A stretch of DNA of 64,000 bases from Glaucostegus cemiculus (lineage: Eukaryota). Each line of letters starts with the position of its first letter. Position 1 is the stretch's first letter. The notes under the pieces are model-generated. The model was given only the letters and a program-made list of their open reading frames with translations, was not told the DNA's origin and ran no database searches. Location of the stretch: NCBI GenBank assembly GCA_976551045.1, contig CDPCPM010000062.1:4650001-4714000 (forward strand). The letters are read 5' to 3'. Below, piece by piece: positions 1 through 12,100 of this stretch. Position numbers and translations under genes: made by a program.

Positions 1-2518
1 GGAGGGGGTGGGGTCCACTTCTTTCGCTTTCCCAAACTTGAAATTAGCAGTACATCATGAAAATAGTGAACGAAAGGGGATATTATTTAGTCCTCAGTGG
101 TGCTTTGAAAAAGGCTCCCTGTACGGTGGTTGGCAGGGCGGTACAACTATAGGTCAAAAAGTTGAGGGTCAAAAGTTTACGTTTTGCACGACTTGTAATC
201 ATCTGCTCAGACAGAGTTTGATGTCAATGTTATAGCACGATCTTGACTATCAGCACAAAAGATAAAATAGCTTTGAGTTACCCGTGTATCATGCTATGGA
301 CTCCAGGTGAACCCTAGCGACTGAACGACCTCAATTACTGACGAAAGGAAAGAAAAAAATGCTCTTTTCATGATCGAGACACATTGTATTTCATATTGAA
401 AAATCGACCACGGTATTTTTCCTATCTGCTGTGTAAATGTAGCAGGTAAATCTTTCATAACTGTGCAAAAATCAAGAGACTTCTCTCTGAAAAATAATTC
501 AGATGTTTTATTTAAGTTCGCAGTTTTCTGCATGGAATTACTGCTTTTTAGGGTTTCAAATATAGCAGCAGTCTGTCTGTCGAATTCCACTATACAACAG
601 GGTACACAATCCACCCCAAGGCAAAGATCGACATCAATTAGATTTAGATTCATAGAAACCTTCTTAAAAAAAAGAAATGTAGAACAACTGCTGCTAATTT
701 AGAATTAATGAACATTTCACAAGTACATATGTTTGAACTGACATCTAGTTTAAATCATAAAATTATATAGGTATGTGTCCTACTCTATATTTCTTTCAGT
801 TCCGTTTTGTTCACTTCGATAGGAGTGTAGCATTTGGAAAAAAAAACTACGTCTAATGCTGTTTAAAAAAACTTACGTATTTCCTCAAATACCTTTATTT
901 ATTTGAACAACTATTTGGCTATGCCTTACGTTCTTATTTTATCACCTCTAAAATATATTTTAGGAATGATATATACATCAGCCAGCATTAGAACTATTAT
1001 AGGTTAATGGTCAATGCTTAAAACGTATTCCAAATTAATGTTAGCCGTGCTTGCAATGTTTAAAGTAAACCACTAAATCACGGAAGAAGGACAAATTTTG
1101 TTTAGGGCATTAAATCCAGATATAATATTTTACACAAAATATAAGCATTGAACTGCACCGTTACCGTTTGGTGACACGAAAGATAAAGATCAGTCACGTC
1201 TTAGTTAAATATACTGCTAGAAAATATAAAACCATGTAAAAATGTTTGTTACATCTCTTGATTTTCACTGTATTTAGCAAATTACGAGTAACGAGTTACA
1301 ATGTATTTCGCAAAACAGTATTAGCATTCTACCTTGGAACTGGAGAATGTGTGCATTCGAAAATCATTAGCATACAGGTAATAGGTTAGTTAAAAAAAAA
1401 CAACAGCAGTTGCAGAGATAAACGAAAATAATGCTTGCTAAGAGCAGGCCAAATTGCACAGTCCGTATACCGAAAGTTTGCAAAGGAAAAACCATTTCAT
1501 ATGCGATACGAAAACAAATGCATTATTCAGTAGGTCAAGAAGCCATCTTTACTCGGAGTCCATATAACCTTCTCCCCCCTCCAACCGTCCCCCCCCCCCA
1601 TCGCATTCCCCTTGAAACTTACAATATTCCTTTAAAATACAGATTTCAGCATACATTTACTTCATATATACTTGGATAAATAGGAGTAAAACTGTTGCTG
1701 GAGTAAGAGACGCACTCAGAAAGGTGGCGGATTTTGGTGAAAGAGAAGAACGGCACGTTATAGTACAATCAGTACGAATGTAGAGAAGACAGGAATCCAT
1801 CATGCATACATTGACCCTTTTTTTCTCGCTGAAAAAGACGGGAAACTTATTTTAAACGAATAATTTCGTTTTGCAACGTTGACACTTGTTACTAGAATAG
1901 TTTATAAGAAATTAAATCGTATTTTTGAGCGGCAAAACAATGGATTAGGAACACTCGATTGGTGAAATTAGGAAAAAGGGCTTCGTGTCACAATTTTAAA
2001 ACTGAAGGTTATGTATTAAAAACGTTGTTTCCCTAAATTAGCAGGTTTATTTTTATGAAAACGACACTTTTAAATAAAATACAGGGGACGAAGTTTGGAA
2101 TTCCAAAGCAGAGGGATGGAGACACAAATGAGTGGATTTCAAATTAAATGCAGATGTATCAGTAACACAATGCAGCCCTTTGTACAACTTTTCTGTAAGT
2201 TAAAATTAATTTCAAATCCAAAAAACAAATTATCCGATCCCGGGTGTTGTTAAATGTTATCCAATATATCCTCGACTTTATTTTTTTTCTGTAGATCATC
2301 AAACAGATTTTTACAGATGTATTGATCTTTCACTAGAAGTTATATTTACAAACATTTAAAGACGGTTCCCGAAAAGGCTATTGCAACACTCGGTACTGCA
2401 ATAGAACCCATGCATTTTGGCTACTTTCCCCCCTCCACAAAGGTAATGACCTGGGCAAAACACCCTGGTATTTGAAAGAGCACTATAGACCTTTTAGAAA
2501 TGGCTAAGTCCAAGGCCG

Positions 2519-2535
2519 AGGTGAAATTCAGGTCA
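2519..2535 (+). promoter_or_regulatory. DR5 retinoic acid response element 5' of HoxA4
   Basis: AGGTGA-aattc-AGGTCA, ~3.0 kb upstream of the HoxA4 ATG, the position and form of the known Hox4-paralog 5' RARE; followed by a block with TGTCA and ATTAAT motifs (2580-2645). Confidence 0.9.
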
Positions 2536-3511
2536 CCGCGTCTAACAAATATGAAAATGTCGCCTCACGAATGGCACGCCTTGTTACTTAACAAAGACTG
2601 TCAATGTATAAGATTAATAAGAAACAAAATGCACACGGTGTCACTTTTCGGTCACTTCCAAACTTAGCTTCGCGTATCCCTTACGAAATCTCATTTCATT
2701 GAATAAAATCTTTTGTTTTGTTTCCCGTGTCGAAGTCCAATAAATGCACAGTTGTGCGGCTCTGTGGGATGCGGTGCAAGCTTGCTCGAAGATGTATCTT
2801 CGAAATGTACCATTTTATTTGTTTTATTTTGTTTTTGACTCGGACTCCGGCTGTTTTAACCATATGCCCCAGATAGAGATGGGAACCAAGTACATTTTGG
2901 CATGATACAATCTATCTGATAAACCCCGAGCAGTGCTGATGGATTCGGACGCTTAATGAAGAAAATATGACACCCTTAATCATCTAAACTACTGATTTGC
3001 TGTTCGGAACAGTTAAGGCTGGTAAAGTGTAATTTCTGATTTATTAAACCGCGAAACAAATCTTCCCTTCAGTGCCTCAGAACTTGGATTTTATTTTATG
3101 TGAAGCAGATTTCATAAACTCGACTCTTTCTAAAATTAACATTTGATGCAAGTTCTTACAATGCCCAGGTTTTGGAAATGTCGTAGAAAGCGTTAACTTT
3201 GCCTTTCTCTTTAAAATGGCTGTAAATCTACCCTTGCAGTAAAAATGTCAAATGTTCACGCAGGCGAGGTAACACTTGGGGGTCTTGGCTCCACATCTCT
3301 GTTTATTATGGAAAAAAAATGCTGTGGCGACTGACCTGCATTTGCTCGTCTTCAGAAACGCCCTGTGTTTATACGTTGAGCTTTAATTCCCTATTTTTTC
3401 GACAAAGACCGTAAATACAGACATTGCCCAAGCTAATTAGTGGACTGCTTTATTTACTGGCAAGTTACTTGGTCAGTGCAAAACGGTGCACACTACGCCT
3501 ACCAAAGAGAA

Positions 3512-3542
3512 GTGTGTGTGTGTGTGTGTGGGGGGGGGGGGG
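3512..3542. repeat. (GT)n microsatellite followed by poly-G
   Basis: directly visible. Confidence 0.9.
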
Positions 3543-5397
3543 ACAATTATTTTAGGAACTTTATATTTCTGGAAAAGGGCGTTGTTTAGCAGAAACTAAG
3601 ATTTATCAACATCATTTAGATCAAATTATTTCATAACATTTTAAACAACATACATTCTTTAAATATAAACATGTGCACAAGATATTCTGGGGGCGTGTAA
3701 AATAAAATCGCAGAAAATATTAATGTTGCTGTTTAAGTCGTCCCTTACTGAGCTTCTTTGTATGGTGAGCAGTGGAAATAAGCATGTATTAATTACACCG
3801 AAAGTCAATTGATTTTACAGCTTGATGTTTAATTGAACGCGTTCTAATGGACGATTACACTGCGCTGTAAAACAGGGTGGGTTGGTAAATGTACTCTACT
3901 AACTACGTGTTCCAGTGGCTGGAAAAGATTCACCCTGATAAAATGTGAGCAAATGTGTCTGGATACAGTGTACCGTCCAAACAATAAAATAGAGATCTTA
4001 ACGCATACTTTATTGACAAGAACGAATGTTATGAATCACTTTTGTTGCAGTCCAGAAAGCATATTGCATATGATTATTTTGGAAATATAACGCGCAATGC
4101 ACCAACTTGGCACTTTTCTGTTGAGGCAACTTCTTATTGCGTGTATTCGGAAAAGAAATGAATTCGAATATAAGCATGGTAGAATTTTAATCAGGTTAAC
4201 TAATCCAAAAACGCTAATTAGTTTGCACAATTTTGCGCAAGTTACTATTGCCTTTTGAAAAAAGGAAAGTAAACATTAGAAAGCGTTATCAAATACTACT
4301 GGTGTTTTAATACACTTCTATACCAGATAACATTGATTAAAGTTGCATGGTTCCTTCATGCAGACTTAACCACGATATGACAGGATAACCTGGAATTTAA
4401 TTGATTTTTTTCAGCAATTAGCTATGCAAGGAGATGAAATAAGTAGCTTTGTTTCAAAATTCAAATGTGCAAAATTAACAAAGTTTATTAAATTCCCTGG
4501 AATAAAGATCCATTCAAATTAATTGCTTTATTGAACAGTTGAGCTTTGTGCACGCTTTTTTATATAAAAGTAATGCAATCAGCATCCACTTTTATAATCC
4601 ATTTCTAATAATACAATGTTCGTTTCAGCCACTTTTATTTCATGCAGCTCAATTAAGTCAGATTAAAAAAAATCTCGGAGGACAATATTAAATAAAGTGC
4701 TTCACAATCGAACAATTAAATGGTAGTTTGTTTTAACAAAATTTTATTATGGCATGTAGGAATATCAATTGATTACATAATGTTTTCTAATATACATGAA
4801 GTAACTGGACAAAGCCTTCCAACATTCTCTTAGGTTATTTAACACTTAGCGAATGGGATTTTACATTGAGATATTTGTGAGATACTTGAAAAGACTAATG
4901 TTTATTACAAAAAGCATAATATTTTCAGAATTTTATGGGAATTCTTCTTTCAAGGACTGAAGCCTAGAATGTCTCCAATAGCATCTGTTACTCCAGTGAG
5001 GACAAATGAACTCTCGTAATTATATCCCCAAATCCCCTTAACTTCCACCCCCCCCCCGACAAATGGGTGAAACACGCTTGTTAGAGTCGCATTCCCAGAA
5101 AAGAGTAAACTATTTCAGACATTATCAGACGGCTGTTGACACTATCTTGTGATATTTTCTCCGTTAACACACATTTTGCATATATCTGTTTTCGATAAAA
5201 TATCGTGACATCATTACCTATTTTAAATCATTTTACAATTAGCTTTTTTCCTGATTACTACAGTTGATTTTTCTTTCTATGCGGCAACATAATTTCGGGG
5301 AAACGAGATTTTGAATGATAATATGGAATTTTTCACTGGACTCCATGCATTCATCATTGGTGTATTTCCTTATCCGGGACTCACAGCCACTCGTCCC

Positions 5398-5420
5398 ATT
5401 GGCTGCTTGCATCACATGAA
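5398..5420 (+). promoter_or_regulatory. HoxA4 proximal promoter: inverted CCAAT box + E-box
   Basis: ATTGG-ctgcttgcat-CACATG; NF-Y/USF-type composite known from Hox4 promoters. Confidence 0.7.
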
Positions 5421-5516
5421 CAGCTAACTTTATACACTTGACAGCAAGTAGGAGGGTTTTATGGAACAGAAAAACGACAACGCGAGAAAAATTAGTATTT
5501 TGCACTTCAGAAATTA

Positions 5517-5934
5517 ATGACCATGAGTTCGTTTTTGATAAACTCCAACTACGTTGAGCCAAAATTTCCACCTTGTGAGGAATATTCTCAAAATAACTAC
5601 ATACCAAGCCAATCTCCTGAATACTACGAGCGGCCGCGGGACACTGGATTCCATCATGAGGCACTATACCCACAATCAAACTACCCAGAGCCGACCTACA
5701 GCTTCAACAATGTCCAAGGCACTGGCAACCAAGACATGTCGCAAAGGGGTCATATGCAGTCGCAGGCTAGCCTCCAAAATCACATACCGAGACAGAATCA
5801 GCTTTGTGAAGTGGTCCCAGTAGCCACACCAGCTTTGTGTAGCCAAAATGCGAAAAATCCCACTGCCCAGAAGGGCACTCTCAGCAAAGAGCCCATAGTT
5901 TACCCGTGGATGAAGAAAATTCACGTTACCACCG
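5517..5934 (+). CDS. HOXA4: Homeobox protein HoxA4, coding exon 1
   Basis: MTMSSFLINSNYVEPKFPPCEEYSQ N-terminus, YPWMKKIHV hexapeptide; donor G|GTAAGT at 5935. Confidence 0.97.
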
Positions 5935-6014
5935 GTAAGTAACTAAAGCTAACTGAAACAATTAAAATTCACTTGAAATCGGATGTGCGGAACCCTTTCT
6001 GTAACTAGCCCTTT

Positions 6015-6080
6015 CATGAGATTTACGATCACCTAACTGTTAGGTCGGTAATTACAGAGCCCATAAATTTGATTGCCCTG
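6015..6080 (+). promoter_or_regulatory. HB1-like homeodomain-site cluster in the HoxA4 intron
   Basis: TTTACGA, TAATTA and CCATAAA motifs clustered in the Hox4 intron, as known for Hox4 paralogs. Confidence 0.65.
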
Positions 6081-6285
6081 GATCTCGCTCCTGGCCATGT
6101 GTCTTTGATGCTTTTCTAACCTAAATACCCAGAGCCATTTTATTGCAGTAGATTGTTCTCCGTTGTCAGAAGACTTTTGACAAAAAACTCTGGACTTTTA
6201 TAACCTTCATTCACGTGCATCTAATCCCATTGTCAGATTCGTGCCTGTCTCTGTATTTATGTTTGGTTACTTTTTTTTTGTTCAG

Positions 6286-6611
6286 TGAACCCAAATTACA
6301 CTGGAGGAGAGCCCAAACGGTCTCGAACTGCTTACACGAGACAACAAGTATTAGAGCTGGAGAAGGAGTTCCATTTTAACCGTTACCTAACCAGGCGTCG
6401 ACGCATTGAGATTGCACACACTCTTTGCCTGTCTGAACGCCAGGTGAAGATCTGGTTTCAGAACAGAAGGATGAAATGGAAGAAAGATCACAAACTGCCT
6501 AACACTAAGATGCGTTCTGCTAGCTCATCATCTTCTGCAAGCCAGCAAACACAAGTATCCTCCCAGGGCCCACAGCCAGATGGTTCAGCACCAAATTCAT
6601 CAAGCCTATAG
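6286..6611 (+). CDS. HOXA4: Homeobox protein HoxA4, coding exon 2 (homeodomain)
   Basis: acceptor ttcag|TG; [66 protein letters not shown]; exons join in frame to 247 aa. Confidence 0.97.
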
Positions 6612-9148
6612 CTGCTTCGAGTCTCGAACCCCTCTCCCACAACATAGTTTGGACCAAAATGTGTTTGCCACATAATTGACTTGAATGGGGAAGGATTTCT
6701 TGCAATGAGAATTTTCTTCCAGGATATATGCTGTTAACCTCATTAGGGTCACGCATTTCTATTGTGTTAACCCATTCTCAGCAGACTTTTAAAATGTTTT
6801 CTGTTTGATTGGGTACATTCTGTATCCTTCATTACCCCCACATGAACCGATGCTAAGTTCTGTCAAAGTGGCTTCTACCATGATATTCAAAGCAAAAAGA
6901 GCAAAGGACCGTGAATAATAGATATTGTGAGGAACTGTAAGCGTCATCATTTCAACTAGTGTAGTCTGTTGAAATATTTGTGAGAATATAAGAATAAACA
7001 TGTTTTAGAAAATGAGAAAGGCAGCAATATTTGTGGATGTGGAAATGGTTTTTAGAGCGAATAAACTGTTCAGATGCTACATATATAGGAAATAAATTAT
7101 GTCGCCAGCGTTATTTAAGGTGTTTTCTTTATTTTAAATCTGTATCCTCTATATAGTTGTGGTACTGATATCAGTATAACGAATGTGCAAGGAGTTTATT
7201 CAGAGATTTCAGACGAGTTGTTGTATATTTAACAATTTTGGTACAGTCCAAGTGTGACGAAACTGTACAAATCATTGGTAAGATTTGTGTATTTTCTGTG
7301 GATATTTCAGTGTGCTATGTGCAGTGCCAAATGTTGCTAAAACGAAAGACATAATTTACAGTGTAAAAACAAAGCCTCAGGCTTTAAATAAAACGTTAAT
7401 TCGTGGACCATCTCAGTTCTTACGTGTACAATTTACTTGCAGTCAGGATTCAATAAACACACAGAAACTGGGGCTTGCTTCCACTCCAAAACGTGACCAT
7501 ACATTTAAGTGATTGTTATTTTGATCACAATTCTAACTTAAAAATGTAGCTTTCCAAAACAAATTGCAAAAATGGTGTGTGATTCCGAAGAATAACTCAG
7601 CGAAAGAGGATAAATTATTGTCTGGATCTATAATTCATCTTTCTACAGCCTTTCCACATCAAGTTCTACGTCACTAGGTCGTAAATAATGCAGTAAAATG
7701 TGAAGCGATCAAATAATAAGTCATCTGCAAGGTGGCGAATAAGGCCTTTTATAACCCTAATTGTTATATTTTTGATCCTGCAAGAGAGTGTAATCGTGTG
7801 AAATTATTTTTAGATTGACTTTGCATCTATGGGCCAGAGAAATGTTAAATTTAAAACACAATATCAATGCTTACAGTACTACTTGTTCTCCATGCCCAGG
7901 GAAACAGGAATTGCGGGAGTAAATAAGCCAATACTTACTGTCATACAATTTTGTTAAGCTTGCAGAAAGAGACTAAATAATTAAGCCAGAATTCACTAAA
8001 TATAAAGTCGTAGCTGATGATTTCTAACATTATGATAATCTAATCTGCTTGATTGTGTTGTTTGCTTGAAGAAAACGCAGATATTAGGAATCCTGAAAAT
8101 CAGCGTCAACGGGGTATTTTTGTATAACAAATGATGCATTCTTCAAATAATGCTTTGTCAGAGCAATTGTTTAAAATTCACACAAGAAAAATTCGTTCCT
8201 TGTTTTTTTTATTTTTTCTTTCTCAAATTGTATAGATAATAAGAACAAACAATATCAATATACTGAATGCTTTACATTAGAGACAAGGATAATTCAATTA
8301 AGCATTTTGGATACATTTCTTCCCAAAATTGTTGCTTAAAAACTGGCGTACTCTGTAGTTATGTAAATATTTCTTACTAATGAAGTAATCAGAAGCCTTG
8401 CAAGGAATTTCACAAAAATAGACTCAATTCGACATTTTAACTTCTTTTAAAATATATTTTTGCCGCAAGCCGTCAAAATATTTTGTTTTTTAAGAAATCA
8501 CAAATATCCAGTGCTAATATCAAACATAAACGTTATAAAACATGGCTTGTAAAATAACTTTACGACCACTGCAAACGAATATAAAAAGGCAAAGAAAGGG
8601 CGATGAGAAACTTTAGCCATTAGACAACCGTGCCTGCTTATCTGTAAAAGGAATTTTAAACAGATTGAAAATAACAGATTTTACCCAGAATCATTAATCA
8701 CCTCATTCAATAAATACTTCTTTGTATACTTCAACAGCAAGTCTGAAGGGTGTTCTTTTAGAAAAGTGTATGAACACATTGGATCTCTTGAATAAAATGT
8801 GGCCATCTCGACACACACCATGCTTCCCTACACACCTCCCTCCCCCCAGCCAACCCCAACCCTTGGAACAGTTGTGGAGTTTTAGCTGGACAGCGTTTAT
8901 TACAACAGGAAATTATAAAACGCATATTTTCAAAGGCAAACGATAATTTAAAACACGTAAAAACAGTTTTGGAAAGTGCAAGTTGATTATAGCCTGTTCT
9001 TTATATGACCACATTTTTGGTGCCTTGAGCACATGAAACCCCGTTTGCATCTTTTTCTTTCTCTTTGATGTTTTTAGTTTATTGTAAATCGAACCGTCTT
9101 TTGTAATAAAAAGTTACATTGTTTGTCAACGGCTGGGCAACCAGAGTG

Positions 9149-9165
9149 AGTTCACCGAGAGGACA
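9149..9165 (+). promoter_or_regulatory. DR5 RARE 3' of HoxA4
   Basis: AGTTCA-ccgag-AGGACA, resembling the Hox4-paralog 3' neural RAREs in sequence and position. Confidence 0.85.
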
Positions 9166-12100
9166 AATTTTCTGACCGATTAGCCGTTTTTAGCGTTGCA
9201 GACTGACCCTCTCAAACCCTTGACCTTTAAAAGATGGACAGTGCTCTTTCCACTGTTTCCTATGCCTGCAGATAGGAACTAAAAGAATACAGCTCGCTAA
9301 CCAAAAGCTGTCTAAAATGTCCAAGCGATATGTATTAAACTATTTTTAAGTACACGCCGATATTGAATATTATACGCGCAAGAACACGTACACACTCACG
9401 GACATACATGCACACATACACGGACACACGCAGACGCAGATAAACTCTATCTAACTTAACCTTTTTAAATATGCGGCCTGTGCTTATGTAAAGAAAATTT
9501 GTCGATGATTTATATACAGGCTCGGAAAGTTGCACGTGATAAGAAACAATGGTTGTTTTGAATGGTTTAGTTAATAACGCTTTTGTGGTTAATGACTTAA
9601 GAGAATCCTTCACTTGTAATCGTGAGATAATTCACCTATCGGAGCACTCCATTGTTCTGATTATTGAAGAGAATAACTAATACTTTTTTCTATCAAGCAC
9701 GTGCTTACTTTCTTGAGACTATATTTACACCCAGGGCGTTTTGCAGCAGACATTTTAGAGAGTTACTGGTGATCGATTAAAATTATTATAAAACATTTCT
9801 TCATTCGAGACATGAAAACGGATGCACAAGTGCAGAGTGCCCTGAACAAGAGGGCTTGGGTTTAAAGCACAACTAAAATCTTAAGCATAATTGCCACCAA
9901 CTATTAAATTTACTGGGACTATTATTAAGTGGACTGTATTTACAGCATGATGTTGCTTGTCACCCTTAGAATAACTAGTCTATGTACTATGATAATCGTA
10001 GGATCCCGAAGACCTCCAGACGCAATATAAAACCTAATACACATTTGGGTGGTATAATAAAATATCGACTGTGGCCAGTGAGGGTCGATTCGGTGTCAAA
10101 TTTAACAGCCTTATGGGGATGTAAAGTCACATATGAAAGAGTTAGCCTTCCGTGTGACTGTTATGTATGTGGGATACTGTAACACTGAGCTTCAATATCA
10201 AACTGTCAGGCGGACAATAAAGACAGCTTGAAGAAATGCCCAGGAATATTGGACTGAGGCAGCTCGAAATGTAGGTGACATAAATGGCGGACCTGTCAAA
10301 TCTGGGATTAGCACAGGCCAGTCATTTTTGCATTATCACTTACCAGCGAGCATCCAAAGACCAAAAGAAACCCCGAACAATAAAGATTCAAGTAAGAAGG
10401 GCGCAAAGAAAAAAAACTCCACACTCCAAGATAAAGGGTCACGCGTCTCCTCCGTGTATGTATTGAAATTTTAATCTCTCCAGTCACGTGACTCATTAAA
10501 TAATTAATGCAGCCGGTCCGGAATAGATATGTAGTCGTCAGTATTCGCACTAGATCTGTTTCAGTCTGATGTGAAAATGAACTTTCCTTAAAAAATAAGT
10601 CTATAATTGGAAGATGTGTCTCAGAAAGTGAAGTGGCACAAATCAGCTAAGAATTGTGGTAAGTAGTCTCTTTATGATCCGTCCTTTATTCTGTTTATGT
10701 TTTAACATTTTCTTTATTTCTTAAAACTGTCATAAATGTGATGAATAGCGCCCTTTAGTATTCAGATTTAAATCACGGCATGTCTGTGATGGTGTTTAGT
10801 CAGTCTCTCGCGTGTCAGTAATATTTTAGATTTTTTCATGATTAATTGCAACAAATACAAACACATATGATGATGTTCTAGTTCACAGTATGTATGCCTG
10901 GATACCACGGTGTAGCTGTGCTGCTTTGTTCAATTTTCCTGTCGTTAATAAATCACCATCTCTTACATGCGCAGGGCTGAAAGGCAACTGTAGGCAGGAG
11001 CGTTTGGAAATGAAGAAGCATCAGCTAAATTCCTCTATGATTCATTAATTTGAGCGATTTACAATAAATGACAGAGTTATGGTGCTCCAGCAAATGTACT
11101 AACATATGTAATTCTGAACAAAGTGTTGCACTTATTCTGACTATATACTGCCTGACTTGTGTCTAGATATGATGTGCAACTACGAACTGGACAATACACA
11201 GAGTTGTACAGAAACACCTGTCTTTATTATATTTTGTGATAAATTCCCGGTCCTGCTTATTATTCAAATATTTTATTCATTTATTTTCATCTGTTGTTGG
11301 AATAAACTCTGAACTCATATGGACGTAATATGTCCTCGCGAGAGAATACATTTATTCTTTTCAATATTCATTTCTTATTTAATAGATAGATTTGATGTTG
11401 TTACCTGGCGAAAGGACATTCATAAAACGTGCATTTGTTTGCGCTCATAATTAAGTACTGCTCCTAATATTTACAATAAAAATCATTAGTAAAAGTACAT
11501 AGCACTTAATTAAATGTCTTATCGCTCCAGTCAAATACATTTTATTATTCCTACTATTCGTTATGATCAATCAAAAGAAGATAATTGCAACAGTATACCG
11601 GCTGGTACTTCCGGGCTGGCATTCCAATAAAACACTTCAGTAATTGGATCCACCTCCTAAGATTAGAACAGCACAACCATATTGTGAGTTACTATTTGGC
11701 AACCGAAGCATGGTCCTTTAATTTAACAATAAATGCTTCTTTCAGATCTAGATCTCTATCCAGAAACAGGACATGCTCCAGGATAACCAAATTGGGCATT
11801 GAGATGGGCTAGAGCCCGAAGTTAAGAGGTAAAAAAAAAAGAATTAGTTGTAGTGTTGAAACCCCATGTCTAGTTTCAGGTACACTTATTTTAGAGTAAC
11901 AGGTGGTTTGGTGCTGCAGCTCATCGGAATCAGTGGACACTAAATGAAAACGTCATTTATTTTTCCAACTCTGTTATAAGATGAGAGGTTGTGCGCTCCA
12001 GGCAGAGCTGATTCCTTGCCATGTTAAAATGTATTACCCAGGCGCAAAAGGTAGTCATGGAGCCATTTGAGAGTGTCAGTTTGGTGGTTAGTTGAGGGAA

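Noticed and set aside
2289-2298. CTGTAGATC, part of mature miR-10
   Set aside because: Seed TACC missing, no hairpin or star arm; no miR-10 gene supported upstream of HoxA4
5239-5924. Antisense and alternate-frame ORFs over HoxA4 exon 1
   Set aside because: Shadow ORFs of the real coding exon with no recognisable domains
7725-7738. CTCF-like CTGCAAGGTGGCGA (also a weak one near 40886)
   Set aside because: Several mismatches; cannot be supported without a PWM score or conservation
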